This document shows, piece after piece, positions 52,203-61,389 of a DNA stretch of 64,000 nucleotides; positions within the stretch are counted from its first letter, which is position 1; every line of letters starts with the position of its first letter. The DNA is taken from positions 14,419-78,418 of the forward strand of contig DATAID010000070.1 in the NCBI GenBank assembly GCA_036262835.1, given 5' to 3'. The translations under genes were made by a program, and so were the position numbers. The notes under the pieces were generated by a model. It saw only the letters and a program-made list of their open reading frames with translations. It had not been told where the DNA came from and made no database searches. Origin of the DNA: Burkholderiales bacterium (lineage in GTDB: Bacteria > Pseudomonadota > Gammaproteobacteria > Burkholderiales > SG8-39).

Positions 52203-53030
52203 ATGGAAATCCGGCCGCTTGCGGGGGTTCTGGGTGCGGAGGTTCTCGGCGTCGATTTGAAGACGACCCGGGACTGGAAGAAGATCCACCAGATCTTCCT
52301 CGATCATTCCGTGCTCGTCTTCCGCGATCAGAAGCTCGAGCCGCAGGACCTCATGGAAATAGGAGGGCAATTCGGGCCGCCGTGCCATTACCCGTTCGTC
52401 ACCGGCATGGAAGGCTTTCCTTTCATCTTCGAAGTGGTGAAGGAGGAGGGCGAGAAGGTGAATTTCGGCGGCAACTGGCACTCCGATACGACTTACCTGC
52501 CGCAGCCGCCGCTCGGAACGCTGCTCTACGCGGTGGAAACGCCCACGCACGGCGGCGACACGCTCTTTTGCAACACGCGCGCCGCCTACGACGCGCTCTC
52601 CGCCGGCATGCGCTCCATGGTGGACAAGCTCGTCGGCGTCAACAGCGCCGGCCTCAAGTACGGCGGCGGGCGCACCAGGATGCACAAGAACATCGCCGGC
52701 ATGAAGGTGCACGGCACGGACGACGCCGACTCCTACGAGTCGGAGCATCCGGTCGCGCGCACGCACCCCGACACGGGCAAGAAGGCGCTCTACTGCAGCC
52801 GCGGCCACACCATCCGCTTCAAGGACATGAGCGAGGACGAGTCGCGCCCGATCATCGATTTCCTGCAGGCGCACCAGGTCCGGCCCGAGTTCACCTGCCG
52901 CGTGCGCTGGGCGCCGGGCACGCTCACCGTCTGGGACAACCGCTGCACGCAGCACAACGCCATCAACGACTACCACGGCCAGCGCCGGCGCATGCGCCGC
53001 CTGACGGTAGGACCGCAGACGCCCCGGTAG
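52203..53030 (+). CDS. TauD/TfdA-family Fe(II)/2-oxoglutarate dioxygenase
   Basis: WHSDTTY (HxD), GGDTLFCN and NRCTQHNAINDY motifs. Confidence 0.9.
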   Translation: MEIRPLAGVLGAEVLGVDLKTTRDWKKIHQIFLDHSVLVFRDQKLEPQDLMEIGGQFGPPCHYPFVTGMEGFPFIFEVVKEEGEKVNFGGNWHSDTTYLPQPPLGTLLYAVETPTHGGDTLFCNTRAAYDALSAGMRSMVDKLVGVNSAGLKYGGGRTRMHKNIAGMKVHGTDDADSYESEHPVARTHPDTGKKALYCSRGHTIRFKDMSEDESRPIIDFLQAHQVRPEFTCRVRWAPGTLTVWDNRCTQHNAINDYHGQRRRMRRLTVGPQTPR

Positions 53031-53431
53031 TGAAGGCGTGCTTCCTTCTTGCAGCCACGGGTTTTGTTCTCGGTGGGTGTTCTCCTTTCGTTTATCACTC
53101 GCCCGAGGCAACGGCGGAGCTGAGAAATGCGATGGAGGCGGCGAACACGGCGCGCGTGGATGGGCCCGCGAAAGTGAGAATCGCGGCGCGCACCGATTTC
53201 TTCGTGCAGCCGGGCGTCGTCTTCATCCCGTCGCGGCAGGCCGAGCGCCTCTTGCGCGCGATGGGCGAGCGCCCCACGAAGGAGGTGCTCTGCCTGCTCA
53301 TCTACGCGACGCCCGGCCGGGCGGACCGGACGATCGTCTACTCGAGGAGCCGCCCGGCGGCCGAGATGCCCGAGGTCGAGCTCTCGGGCTGGAAGGAAGC
53401 GCCCGAGCTCTGGGCGCTCAGGCAAAAATGA
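53030..53431 (+). CDS. hypothetical lipoprotein
   Basis: GTG overlapping the tauD-like stop. Lipobox VLGGC. 133 aa with high GC3. Confidence 0.55.
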   Translation: MKACFLLAATGFVLGGCSPFVYHSPEATAELRNAMEAANTARVDGPAKVRIAARTDFFVQPGVVFIPSRQAERLLRAMGERPTKEVLCLLIYATPGRADRTIVYSRSRPAAEMPEVELSGWKEAPELWALRQK

Positions 53432-53434
53432 TTT

Positions 53435-53631
53435 CTAGAGCTCCTGAATTTCCACTTTTCGGAACTTGATCGTGCCGCGGCCCCACTGCAGGCCGATCGG
53501 TCCGTAAGTGAGCTCGGTGTCGTAGGTGTCGGCCGTCTTCACGCCGTTCAGCATCACCACGACCCGCCCGAGCCCGAGCCCGCGCACGCCGCGGCAAGCA
53601 AGCTTGCAGCGATGACAGAGAATCGTTTCAT
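53435..53631 (-). pseudogene. remnant of a DUF1080 (3-keto-disaccharide hydrolase-like) lipoprotein gene
   Basis: MKRFSVIAASLLAAAC (a lipoprotein signal) runs into a stop after 25 codons. In a different frame the last 39 codons read MLNGVKTADTYDTELTYGPIGLQWGRGTIKFRKVEIQEL, typical of a DUF1080 C-terminus. The total span of 197 nt is not a multiple of 3. Confidence 0.5.
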
Positions 53632-53669
53632 GTTTGTCCCTCCCTTGGACTGCTTATTATAGGGACCCC

Positions 53670-55331
53670 ATGAAAACAAGATCAGGAATGGCGCTCGGTT
53701 TCGCGCTGCTCGCCGCGGCCTGCGCGAGCCCGCAAATCAGAGTCGAGCCGGCGGAGGGCTGCGCCGGCGTGGTGGGAGAGGTTCCCGCCTCGGCGATCGG
53801 CATCCCCTCCGGAAAAGCCACCGTGCTGAGCGCGGTGCTCGTGCCGGCGTCGCCGCTCGCCATGCCGCCGAGCGCGCCGCTCCAGCCCGCGCTGCCGCAG
53901 CACTGCCGCGTGCTCGGCGAGATTGCGCCGATCGATCCCAAGGCGCCGCCCATCAGGTTCCAGCTCAACCTGCCGACCGAGTGGAACGGACGCGCGGTGC
54001 AGTACGGCGGCGGCGGCTACAACGGCGTGCTGATCACCGGAACGGCGCTCGCGCCCGCGGGTCCGCCCGATCGTCCCGCGCCGCTCGCGCGCGGCTACGT
54101 CACCTACGGCACCGACTCGGGCCATCAGAATTCGCCCGGCGTGCGGCTGCAGGCCTTCACGCTGAACGACGAGGCGCTCGTCAATTTCGCGCACGCCTCG
54201 CAAAAGAAGGTGAGGGACGTCGCGGTAACCCTGATCGAGCGCCGCTACGGCAAAAAGCCCGAGCGCCTCTACTACATTGGCAGCTCGCAGGGCGGGCGCG
54301 AGGGCCTCACCATGGCGCAGCGCTATCCGGCGGACTTCGACGGCGTCTTCAGCCGCGTGCCGGTGATCAGCTTCGTCGGCCTGCAGCACGCCGATACGCG
54401 AAACGGCCTCGCGCTGATGGGTGCCGGATGGATCGGCCCGGCGCAGGTCCGGCTCGTGCACGACGCGGTCCTCGCCGCCTGCGACGCGGCCGACGGCATC
54501 GCCGACGGATTGGTGGCGGACTACGCAGGCTGCGCCAGGCGTTTCGACGTGACGAAATTGCGCTGCTCGGGTTCCATGAGTCCGGATCAATGCCTTTCGG
54601 ACGCGCAAGTAAAGGCGGTGCAGCTTTTGCACAGCTCGTACACGTTCGGCTTCGATCTCGCGAACGGTGTGCGCAGCTACCCGGGGCGGCTCTACGGCGG
54701 CGAAGCCACGCCCGGCAACTTCCCGGTCGGCGGCTATCGCGCGTGGTTCAGCGGCGATTCGCCGCCCGTGCTGCCGCCCGCGCCGGATAACGGCCGCGCC
54801 TGGCAGTACAGCGGCGGCGGCGTGCAGTATCTCTATGCGCGCGATCCCAACTACGACCTGCGCGCCTACGACGCGAACAAATTCCGCGCGCGCGTGCAGC
54901 AGATGTCGGCGCTGCTCGATTCGACCAATCCGGACCTCGCCGAATTCCGCTCGCGCGGCGGCAAGCTGATCGTGCTCGAACATACGGGCGACTACGCGCA
55001 AAGCGCGCAGGCGGGGTTCCAGTACTACCAGTCGGTGGTGGAAAAGATGGGGCAGGCGCCCGTGAACGACTTCATGCGCCTCTATGTCGCCCCCGGTGTG
55101 GACCATGTCGGCACCGGCGCGCCGGCGAACGTCGACCTGCTCGGCGTGCTCGCCGCGTGGGTCGAGCGCGGCGAGATGCCGGAAGACCTGGAGGTGGCGC
55201 AGCACGATCGCGCGCCGCCTTTCGCGGTCACGCGCAGCCTGCCGCTTTGCCGCTGGCCGAGCTACCCGCACTACGTCGGCGGCGACAGGAACCGCGCGGC
55301 CGGCTTCGAGTGCCGGAAGACGGCGGACTGA
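53670..55331 (+). CDS. tannase/feruloyl esterase family alpha/beta hydrolase (lipoprotein)
   Basis: Lipobox LAAAC. YYIGSSQGGREG nucleophile motif and conserved Cys pairs typical of the family. ATG at 53670. Confidence 0.85.
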   Translation: MKTRSGMALGFALLAAACASPQIRVEPAEGCAGVVGEVPASAIGIPSGKATVLSAVLVPASPLAMPPSAPLQPALPQHCRVLGEIAPIDPKAPPIRFQLNLPTEWNGRAVQYGGGGYNGVLITGTALAPAGPPDRPAPLARGYVTYGTDSGHQNSPGVRLQAFTLNDEALVNFAHASQKKVRDVAVTLIERRYGKKPERLYYIGSSQGGREGLTMAQRYPADFDGVFSRVPVISFVGLQHADTRNGLALMGAGWIGPAQVRLVHDAVLAACDAADGIADGLVADYAGCARRFDVTKLRCSGSMSPDQCLSDAQVKAVQLLHSSYTFGFDLANGVRSYPGRLYGGEATPGNFPVGGYRAWFSGDSPPVLPPAPDNGRAWQYSGGGVQYLYARDPNYDLRAYDANKFRARVQQMSALLDSTNPDLAEFRSRGGKLIVLEHTGDYAQSAQAGFQYYQSVVEKMGQAPVNDFMRLYVAPGVDHVGTGAPANVDLLGVLAAWVERGEMPEDLEVAQHDRAPPFAVTRSLPLCRWPSYPHYVGGDRNRAAGFECRKTAD

Positions 55332-55332
55332 G

Positions 55333-57309
55333 TCAGCCGCCTTTGGGCTTTTCCACCGCCGCGGTCTTCTTTTCCGCCGGAGCGGCCTTCTTGCCGCTCG
55401 CGGCCGCCTCCACGGTGGCGATCAGCTGCCCGCAGGGCGCGTCCTTGCCCGGTCCGGTCTCGATCAGCGGCACGATCGCGGCGAGCGGGTTGATGAGTCC
55501 TAGGAGCAGCGAGGAGCCGACCTTGCGCGCGAGCGCCTTCTTGTCGATGCCGTAGTCGGGCTTCACGAACGGGCCGCGCACATAGAGCGGACCGCGCAGC
55601 TGGAGCGGCGCCGGATCCTTCGGCAGCGGCACGAGGCTCAGGTCGAGCGTCTCGTCCTTCAGGCTCACCGTGCCGCCGCCGCCGATGATGGTGTCGTCCG
55701 TGTCCACCACGATCACGTCGCTCTTCGCCACGCCCTTGTCCATCTTGAAGGACATCACCGCGCAGCGCAGCTGCGCCTGCTCGTCGCCGCCGATCATGTA
55801 GCGCACGATGTCGAGCACCTGCACGCTCGCGATCTTGAGCGCGAGCTTGCTCATGCTGCCGCCGTTGGAGTGCAGGTCGAGGCGGCCCGAGGCCGTGCCG
55901 AGCATCGCGGCGGGCGAGTTGCCGGTGCCGGCGAGCTTCAGGCGCCCGTCGACCGCGCCGAAGGACTCGTCGATCTTCTGCGTGCCGGGGACGAGGCGGT
56001 TGATGTGCAGCTTCGTGAACGTGGTGTCCATGTTGGTCTTGAGCTGCTTCGCGCGCGCGTCCACCGAGAGCTTGACGCTCACCTTGCCGTCGGCGACGCC
56101 GAAGTTGACCGGGTCGAGCCTGAACTGGCCGCCTTTCATGTCGAGCGTGGCGTCCAGGTTGTCGAGCGGGAACTTGTCGGCGTTCTGGAAGTGGCCCGCC
56201 GTCAGGCGCACGTTGGCGTCGATGCGGTTGAGCTTCTCGACGTTGATCGGCTCGCTCGGCAGCACCTTGCCGGGCGCGTGCGTCGCCTCGGTCGCGCCCG
56301 GGCGCGTGCCGACGAAGCCGCCCAGGTCGGCGATGTCCAGGTTGTCGGACTTGAGGCTCGCCGTGAGGAGCGGCCGCTCGCGGTCGGTCCGTACCGTGAA
56401 GTCGCCCGCGAGGTCGCTCGAGCCCACCTTGCCGCGGGTCTTGATGAAGCGCCATTCGGGGCCGCGGCGCTCGAGGCGCCCGGCGAGCGTGTAGGGCTTG
56501 GTGTGCGGCAGCGAGAGCTTGAGCACCTCGCCAAGGGGCGCCATGTTCGAGCCCGAGAGCGTCATGTCGACGTCCAGGTCCTGCAAGGTCGCCACGCCCG
56601 TGAGCGTGCCCTCGGCCGAGGCCTTCGACTGCCCGAGCGTGCCCGAGAGCCGGATCGGATAGGGCTTGTGCTCGTCCATGATCTGCAGCAGCCCGCCGCT
56701 GTCGCCCGCGAGCTTGAACGAGACGCCGCGGACCGTGCCCGCCGCCGAGACCTTCATGCCCCAGACCTTCTCGTTCGGCTGGGACTGGATCTGCGCGGTG
56801 ACGTCGGTGTTGGAGGCGTCGTCCTTCACGCGCACGCGGCTGTCGCGGATCTGCAGCTGCAGGAGCTCGGGCGAGCGGCCCTTGTGCTCCTCGCCCGGGG
56901 GCTTGAGGATCCAGTTGCGCCGGCCCTGCAGGTCGCGCTGAAGCAGCGCCGTGCCGTTCTCCAGCACGAGCTGGGTGATGACGACGCGGCCGTAGAAGAG
57001 GTGCCAGAGATCGACGCGCAGGTCGAGCAGGCCCGCGCTGAACATCGGCTCCTTCTCGCCCCACGCGGCGTTGGCGAAGGTGACGTTCGCGGCGCGAATA
57101 TGCGGCTGAAGCGAGAACGGATTGACCGTAAGCGGCCCCTCGATCACGAGCGCGCGCCCGGTGCGCCGCTCGACCTGCTTGCCGACCCAGCTGCGCGCGC
57201 CGTTCCAGTCGTAGCTCGCGAGCCACAGCGCGGCCCCGCCGGCCAGGAGCAATAGTCCGATCAGCAGGCCCGCGGCGATGCGCAAGCCGATGCGTGCCGT
57301 TTTTCCCAC
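55333..57309 (-). CDS. AsmA-family outer-membrane biogenesis protein
   Basis: N-terminal anchor and a long beta-rich body of 658 aa. The N-terminal region (GLLLLAGGAALWLASYDWN...) and C-terminal region are typical of AsmA. GTG start. Confidence 0.8.
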   Translation of the reverse strand: MGKTARIGLRIAAGLLIGLLLLAGGAALWLASYDWNGARSWVGKQVERRTGRALVIEGPLTVNPFSLQPHIRAANVTFANAAWGEKEPMFSAGLLDLRVDLWHLFYGRVVITQLVLENGTALLQRDLQGRRNWILKPPGEEHKGRSPELLQLQIRDSRVRVKDDASNTDVTAQIQSQPNEKVWGMKVSAAGTVRGVSFKLAGDSGGLLQIMDEHKPYPIRLSGTLGQSKASAEGTLTGVATLQDLDVDMTLSGSNMAPLGEVLKLSLPHTKPYTLAGRLERRGPEWRFIKTRGKVGSSDLAGDFTVRTDRERPLLTASLKSDNLDIADLGGFVGTRPGATEATHAPGKVLPSEPINVEKLNRIDANVRLTAGHFQNADKFPLDNLDATLDMKGGQFRLDPVNFGVADGKVSVKLSVDARAKQLKTNMDTTFTKLHINRLVPGTQKIDESFGAVDGRLKLAGTGNSPAAMLGTASGRLDLHSNGGSMSKLALKIASVQVLDIVRYMIGGDEQAQLRCAVMSFKMDKGVAKSDVIVVDTDDTIIGGGGTVSLKDETLDLSLVPLPKDPAPLQLRGPLYVRGPFVKPDYGIDKKALARKVGSSLLLGLINPLAAIVPLIETGPGKDAPCGQLIATVEAAASGKKAAPAEKKTAAVEKPKGG

Positions 57310-57356
57310 CCTCGTTTGACCGCGAAATTCTTTTCCTGTGCGCGTGTCTTACCTGC

Positions 57357-57899
57357 ATGGAAAAAATAATCGCCGGAAATTTTCAGACGTCGGTTCAGGC
57401 CGACAACGCGGCGCGCGCGCTCAAGCGCGCCGGCTTCCCCGAGTCCGACGTGTTCGTCTACGCCAACAACCCGCCCGGGCAGCACGGCGAGCATCCGCTG
57501 GGCGGCGACGAGAGCGCCGATCCGGGCTCGGACAAGGCCGCGGGCGGCGCAGCCGCCGGCGGACTCGCGGGCGCGGCGGCCGGGGCCGCGGTGGGCGGTG
57601 CCGTCGGCGGCGCGCTCGGCGCGGTGGCCGGGGCGGGCGTAGGCGCCTACGCCGGCTCGTTCGGCGGCGCGATGAAAAAGCTCGGCGCGAGCAGCGAAGG
57701 CGAGACACTGGAGCGCCGGCCCGCCGGCACCATGGTCGCGGTGCGCCTCGGCGACACGGCCAACCGTGAGGCAGCCATCGAGAAGCTGAGCGAGGAGAAG
57801 CCGGTCGCGATCGAGGAGGCCGACGGCGAATGGGTGGACGGCGAATGGGTCGACTTCGACCCGGTCGCGAAGCCCAAGGTGGTCTGGCCTACCTCCTGA
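57357..57899 (+). CDS. hypothetical protein with glycine-zipper segment (DUF1269-like)
   Basis: GGAAAGGLAGAAAGAAVGGAVGGALGAVAGAGVGAYAGSFGG lies between two small alpha/beta-like halves. ATG at 57357. Confidence 0.6.
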   Translation: MEKIIAGNFQTSVQADNAARALKRAGFPESDVFVYANNPPGQHGEHPLGGDESADPGSDKAAGGAAAGGLAGAAAGAAVGGAVGGALGAVAGAGVGAYAGSFGGAMKKLGASSEGETLERRPAGTMVAVRLGDTANREAAIEKLSEEKPVAIEEADGEWVDGEWVDFDPVAKPKVVWPTS

Positions 57900-58482
57900 G
57901 TGCTTCGCGCACGAATTCCAGGCGATCCTGGCCGAAGAACATCTCTGAGCCGACGAACATCGTCGGCGCGCCGAACACGCCGCGCTTGACCGCCTCCTCG
58001 GTCGCGCGGATGAGCTTCTGCTTCACCTCGAGGTCGGCCGTCATCTGCGTGAAAGCCTCGGCGTCGAAGCCCGCCTCGCGCAGCGTCTGCGCGACCACGC
58101 CCGCGTCGCCCAGGTTGCGGCCGTCGACCCAGAGGGCGCGGAACATCGCGTCCACGTACCTGAGGAACCGCTCCGGCTCGCGCACCTGGTAGCCGATCGC
58201 GCCGCGCATGAGCGTGAGCGTGTTCAGGATGAAGAACGGGTTCTTGACGAGCTTGACTCCGTAGCGGCGCGCCCAGCGCTCCATGTCGCCCCACATCCAT
58301 TTGCCCTTGGGCTCGATCAGCACCGGGCTCTGGTTGCCGGTTGCCTTGAACACGCCGCCGAGCAGCATCGGCTTCCACGCGATCGCGGCGCGGCACTCCA
58401 TCGCGATCGCCGGAAGCTGCGTCCAGGCGAGGTAGGCCGTGGGGCTGCCGAAGTCGAAGTAGAAGTCGACCTGCTTGCTCAT
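57889..58482 (-). CDS. 2-hydroxychromene-2-carboxylate isomerase (DsbA-like) family protein
   Basis: VDFYFDFGSPTAYLA and GVFGAPTMFVG...FFGQDRL motifs. Confidence 0.88.
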   Translation of the reverse strand: MSKQVDFYFDFGSPTAYLAWTQLPAIAMECRAAIAWKPMLLGGVFKATGNQSPVLIEPKGKWMWGDMERWARRYGVKLVKNPFFILNTLTLMRGAIGYQVREPERFLRYVDAMFRALWVDGRNLGDAGVVAQTLREAGFDAEAFTQMTADLEVKQKLIRATEEAVKRGVFGAPTMFVGSEMFFGQDRLEFVREALRR

Positions 58483-58502
58483 CGCTGGGCTATTCTAGCG
58501 GC

Positions 58503-59378
58503 GTGGCGACGACCTATCCCGTGCTGCGCTGGCAAGTGGGCGACGTGCGCATCACGCGCGTGGTCGAATCCGAGGGCCCCACGCCGATCGGCTTTCTCTT
58601 CCCCGATTGCCCGCCCGAGCGGCTGCTGCAGCACGCGTGGCTGAAGCCGCACTTCTTCGGCGACGACGGGAAGCTGCGCACCTCGATCCACGCGCTCATC
58701 GTCGAGTCGGCCGGCAAGCGCATCGTCGTCGACACCTGCGTGGGCAACGACAAGCCGCGCGCGGTGGCGGCCTGGAACAGGCGGCAAGGGAAGTTCCTGG
58801 ATGACCTCGCTGAAGCCGGCTATCCGCGCGAGTCGATCGACGTCGTCCTCTGCACCCACCTGCACGTCGATCACGTCGGCTGGAACACGATGATGCAGGA
58901 CGGCAAGTGGCTGCCGACCTTCCCGAAGGCGCGCTATCTCTTCGCGAAGAAGGAGTACGAATACTGGTCGCAGGCGCCGGGCGAGCACGATCGCGCCATC
59001 CAGCAGGACTCGGTGCAGCCGATCCTCGATGCGAAGCTCGCCGATCTTGTGGAGATGGATCACCGTCTCACGGACGAGGTGTGGCTCGAGCCGACGCCCG
59101 GCCACACGCCGGGTCACGTGTCCGTGCGGATTTCCTCGCGCGGCAGCGAGGCGATCATCACCGGCGATGTCATGCACCATCCGGCGCAATGCGCGGACCT
59201 CGACCTCAGGACGCGCTTCGACGTCGACCCCGGCGCGGCGCGGCGCATGCGGCGCGAATTCCTCGAGAAGTACAAGGACGGAAGAGTGCTCGTCCTCGGC
59301 ACCCACTTCGCCTCGCCGACCTCGGGCCGCATCCTGCGCGAAGGCCCGGCGTTCCGGTTCGAGGCGGCGGCGCTATGA
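58503..59378 (+). CDS. MBL-fold metallo-hydrolase (lactonase-like)
   Basis: HLHVDHVGW zinc motif and the downstream HTPGH. GTG start. Confidence 0.88.
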   Translation: MATTYPVLRWQVGDVRITRVVESEGPTPIGFLFPDCPPERLLQHAWLKPHFFGDDGKLRTSIHALIVESAGKRIVVDTCVGNDKPRAVAAWNRRQGKFLDDLAEAGYPRESIDVVLCTHLHVDHVGWNTMMQDGKWLPTFPKARYLFAKKEYEYWSQAPGEHDRAIQQDSVQPILDAKLADLVEMDHRLTDEVWLEPTPGHTPGHVSVRISSRGSEAIITGDVMHHPAQCADLDLRTRFDVDPGAARRMRREFLEKYKDGRVLVLGTHFASPTSGRILREGPAFRFEAAAL

Positions 59379-59552
59379 AGCGGTGGTCTTCTTCATGAGC
59401 TCGCCGGGTGCCGGGTTGGGCGTGCGTTTTCCGGGGCCGAAGTAGAAATTGCGCTCGGCGGCGAGGATCTCCTCGCGCACGTGCCAGTAGTAGTAATGGC
59501 CGAGCGCCAGCGCAAAGAGGACGAAGAGGATCGTGGCGCGCGTGAGGAACAT
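59373..59552 (-). CDS. candidate 59-aa single-pass membrane protein
   Basis: MFLTRATILFVLFALALGHYYYWHV... with very high GC3. Below the ORF-track cutoff and without a clear SD. Confidence 0.45.
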   Translation of the reverse strand: MFLTRATILFVLFALALGHYYYWHVREEILAAERNFYFGPGKRTPNPAPGELMKKTTAS

Positions 59553-59644
59553 ATCGGTGAAATACTACACATCCCGCCGCAAGGCCCCGGTCAGCGAATG
59601 TCAGCGTTAATCTCCCTGTCAGGGAATTCCTGACAACCGATCAC

Positions 59645-60604
59645 ATGAAGCATATCTGGCGCGCTTTTTCGATCCTGCTGCTCGCCGTCGCGGCCGCGCA
59701 CGCCCAGCCGGCGCCGGGCAAGCACAGAGTCGGCGTGCTCGTTCCCGCCACCACGCCCGACCTGGCGGAGTTTCCCAAGGCCATGAAGCAACTCGGCTAC
59801 GAAGAGGGCCGCAACCTCACTCTCGATGTGAAGATCGCCGGCGATCGCCTTGACCAGCTCTCGTCGATGGCGGCCGAGATCGTGCAGGGCTCGCCCGAAG
59901 TCATCCTCGCGGTCAACACGCCCGGGACGAAGGCGGCGATGGCCGCGACGAAGTCGATTCCGATCGTCATGGTCGCGGTGGGCGATCCGGTGGCGACCGG
60001 ATTCGTGAGCAACCTCGCGCGCCCGGACAGGAACGTCACGGGCGTCACCAACCTTTGCGGCGAGCTCGCGGGCAAGCGGCTCGCGCTCTTTGGCAAGACG
60101 CTGGGCGACGCCCGGCGCGTCGCCATCATGCTCAACCCCGCCGACCCGATCACGGTCCCGCAGCTGCGCGACATCGAGCGCTCGGCGCCGGCGCTCGGCA
60201 TCGAGGCGCGCATGTTCCCGGTGCGCACGAAGGCCGATGTCGATGCCGCCGTTCCCGAGCTGCTCAAGTGGCGCGCCGACGGCGCCCTGTGGCTTTGCGG
60301 GCAGCAGCGCGCGCTCACCCGGCACATGCTGCCGCTCGCCTCGCGCCACCGCCTGCCGGTCATGGTTTACCAGGCGCTCGAGCTGCCGGCGGGCGGGCTC
60401 ATCTCCTACTCGACCGACAACGCCGGCCTGTACCGCCAGTCGGCGGATTATGTCGACAGGATCCTGAAGGGCGCGAAAGTGAGCGAGCTGCCGGTGGAGC
60501 AGCCGACCAAGTTCGAGCTGGTGGTCAACATGAAGGTGGCCGACGAGCTCAGGCTCACCATTCCGCGCAGCGTCCTCGTGCAGGCCGACCGGCTGATCCA
60601 ATGA
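59645..60604 (+). CDS. ABC-transporter-type substrate-binding protein (ABC_sub_bind / PF04392-like), orphan
   Basis: Signal peptide. RVGVLVPATTP, PIVMVAVGDPVATGFVSNLARPDRNVTGV and LVVNMKVADELRLTIP motifs. No permease or ATPase genes nearby. Confidence 0.8.
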   Translation: MKHIWRAFSILLLAVAAAHAQPAPGKHRVGVLVPATTPDLAEFPKAMKQLGYEEGRNLTLDVKIAGDRLDQLSSMAAEIVQGSPEVILAVNTPGTKAAMAATKSIPIVMVAVGDPVATGFVSNLARPDRNVTGVTNLCGELAGKRLALFGKTLGDARRVAIMLNPADPITVPQLRDIERSAPALGIEARMFPVRTKADVDAAVPELLKWRADGALWLCGQQRALTRHMLPLASRHRLPVMVYQALELPAGGLISYSTDNAGLYRQSADYVDRILKGAKVSELPVEQPTKFELVVNMKVADELRLTIPRSVLVQADRLIQ

Positions 60605-61389
60605 ATGCCTATCGCGTCCAGGCGTACAACACCGCGCACGACTCGGAGAACAAGATCCACGACGACGCGGTCGCGCGCGGCTTCGGCTTCACGGGCGCGC
60701 TCGTCCCGGGCGTGGACGTCTATGCCTACATGATGCATCTGCCGGTCGCGCGCTGGGGGCGCGAGTTCCTCGAGCGCGGCGAAACCGAGTGCCGCTTCAT
60801 GAGCCCGGTCTACGACGGGGAGACGGCCGAGGTGAGCGGGCGCGAGGAGGGCGATGCGCTTCTGATCGAGGTCGGCTCGCAGGGAAAAAGCTGCGCCACC
60901 GGGTCGGCGAGGCTTTCGGAAAAAAAAGTGGAAAGCCTCGAGATTCCCTTTGTGGCCGCCCCGGCCCTGGAAAATCGCCCCGAAGCCGGTCCGTCGACCC
61001 TCGTCCCGGGCCAGGTGCTCGGCACCCAGCTCTTCGAGGCAAGCCGCGCCTTCATGGACGGCTACCTGCGCGACGTGCGCGAGACCGACGAGCTGTACCG
61101 CCGCGAAGGGCTCGTGCATCCGGGCAACGTGCTGCGCATGTGCAACTTCGCGCTCTTTCGCAATGTGAGGATGGGGCCGTGGATCCATGTCGGCAGCAAG
61201 GTGCGCAACCTCGGCCTTGCGCGCGCGGGCGAGACGCTCGCCGCGCGCTCGCGCGTGCTCGCCAACTACGAGAAGAAGGGCCACCTCTTCGTGGACCTCG
61301 ACGTGCTCGTGCTCTCGGGCGAGCGTGCGCTCGCCCGGGTGCTGCACACGGCGATCTACCGGCCGCGGCAGGCGGCGCGTGCGGCGTAG
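60601..61389 (+). CDS. MaoC-like / hot-dog fold dehydratase family protein
   Basis: NKIHDDAVARGFGFTGALVPG at the N-terminus and a second hot-dog-like half. Its ATG overlaps the upstream TGA. Confidence 0.7.
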   Translation: MNAYRVQAYNTAHDSENKIHDDAVARGFGFTGALVPGVDVYAYMMHLPVARWGREFLERGETECRFMSPVYDGETAEVSGREEGDALLIEVGSQGKSCATGSARLSEKKVESLEIPFVAAPALENRPEAGPSTLVPGQVLGTQLFEASRAFMDGYLRDVRETDELYRREGLVHPGNVLRMCNFALFRNVRMGPWIHVGSKVRNLGLARAGETLAARSRVLANYEKKGHLFVDLDVLVLSGERALARVLHTAIYRPRQAARAA

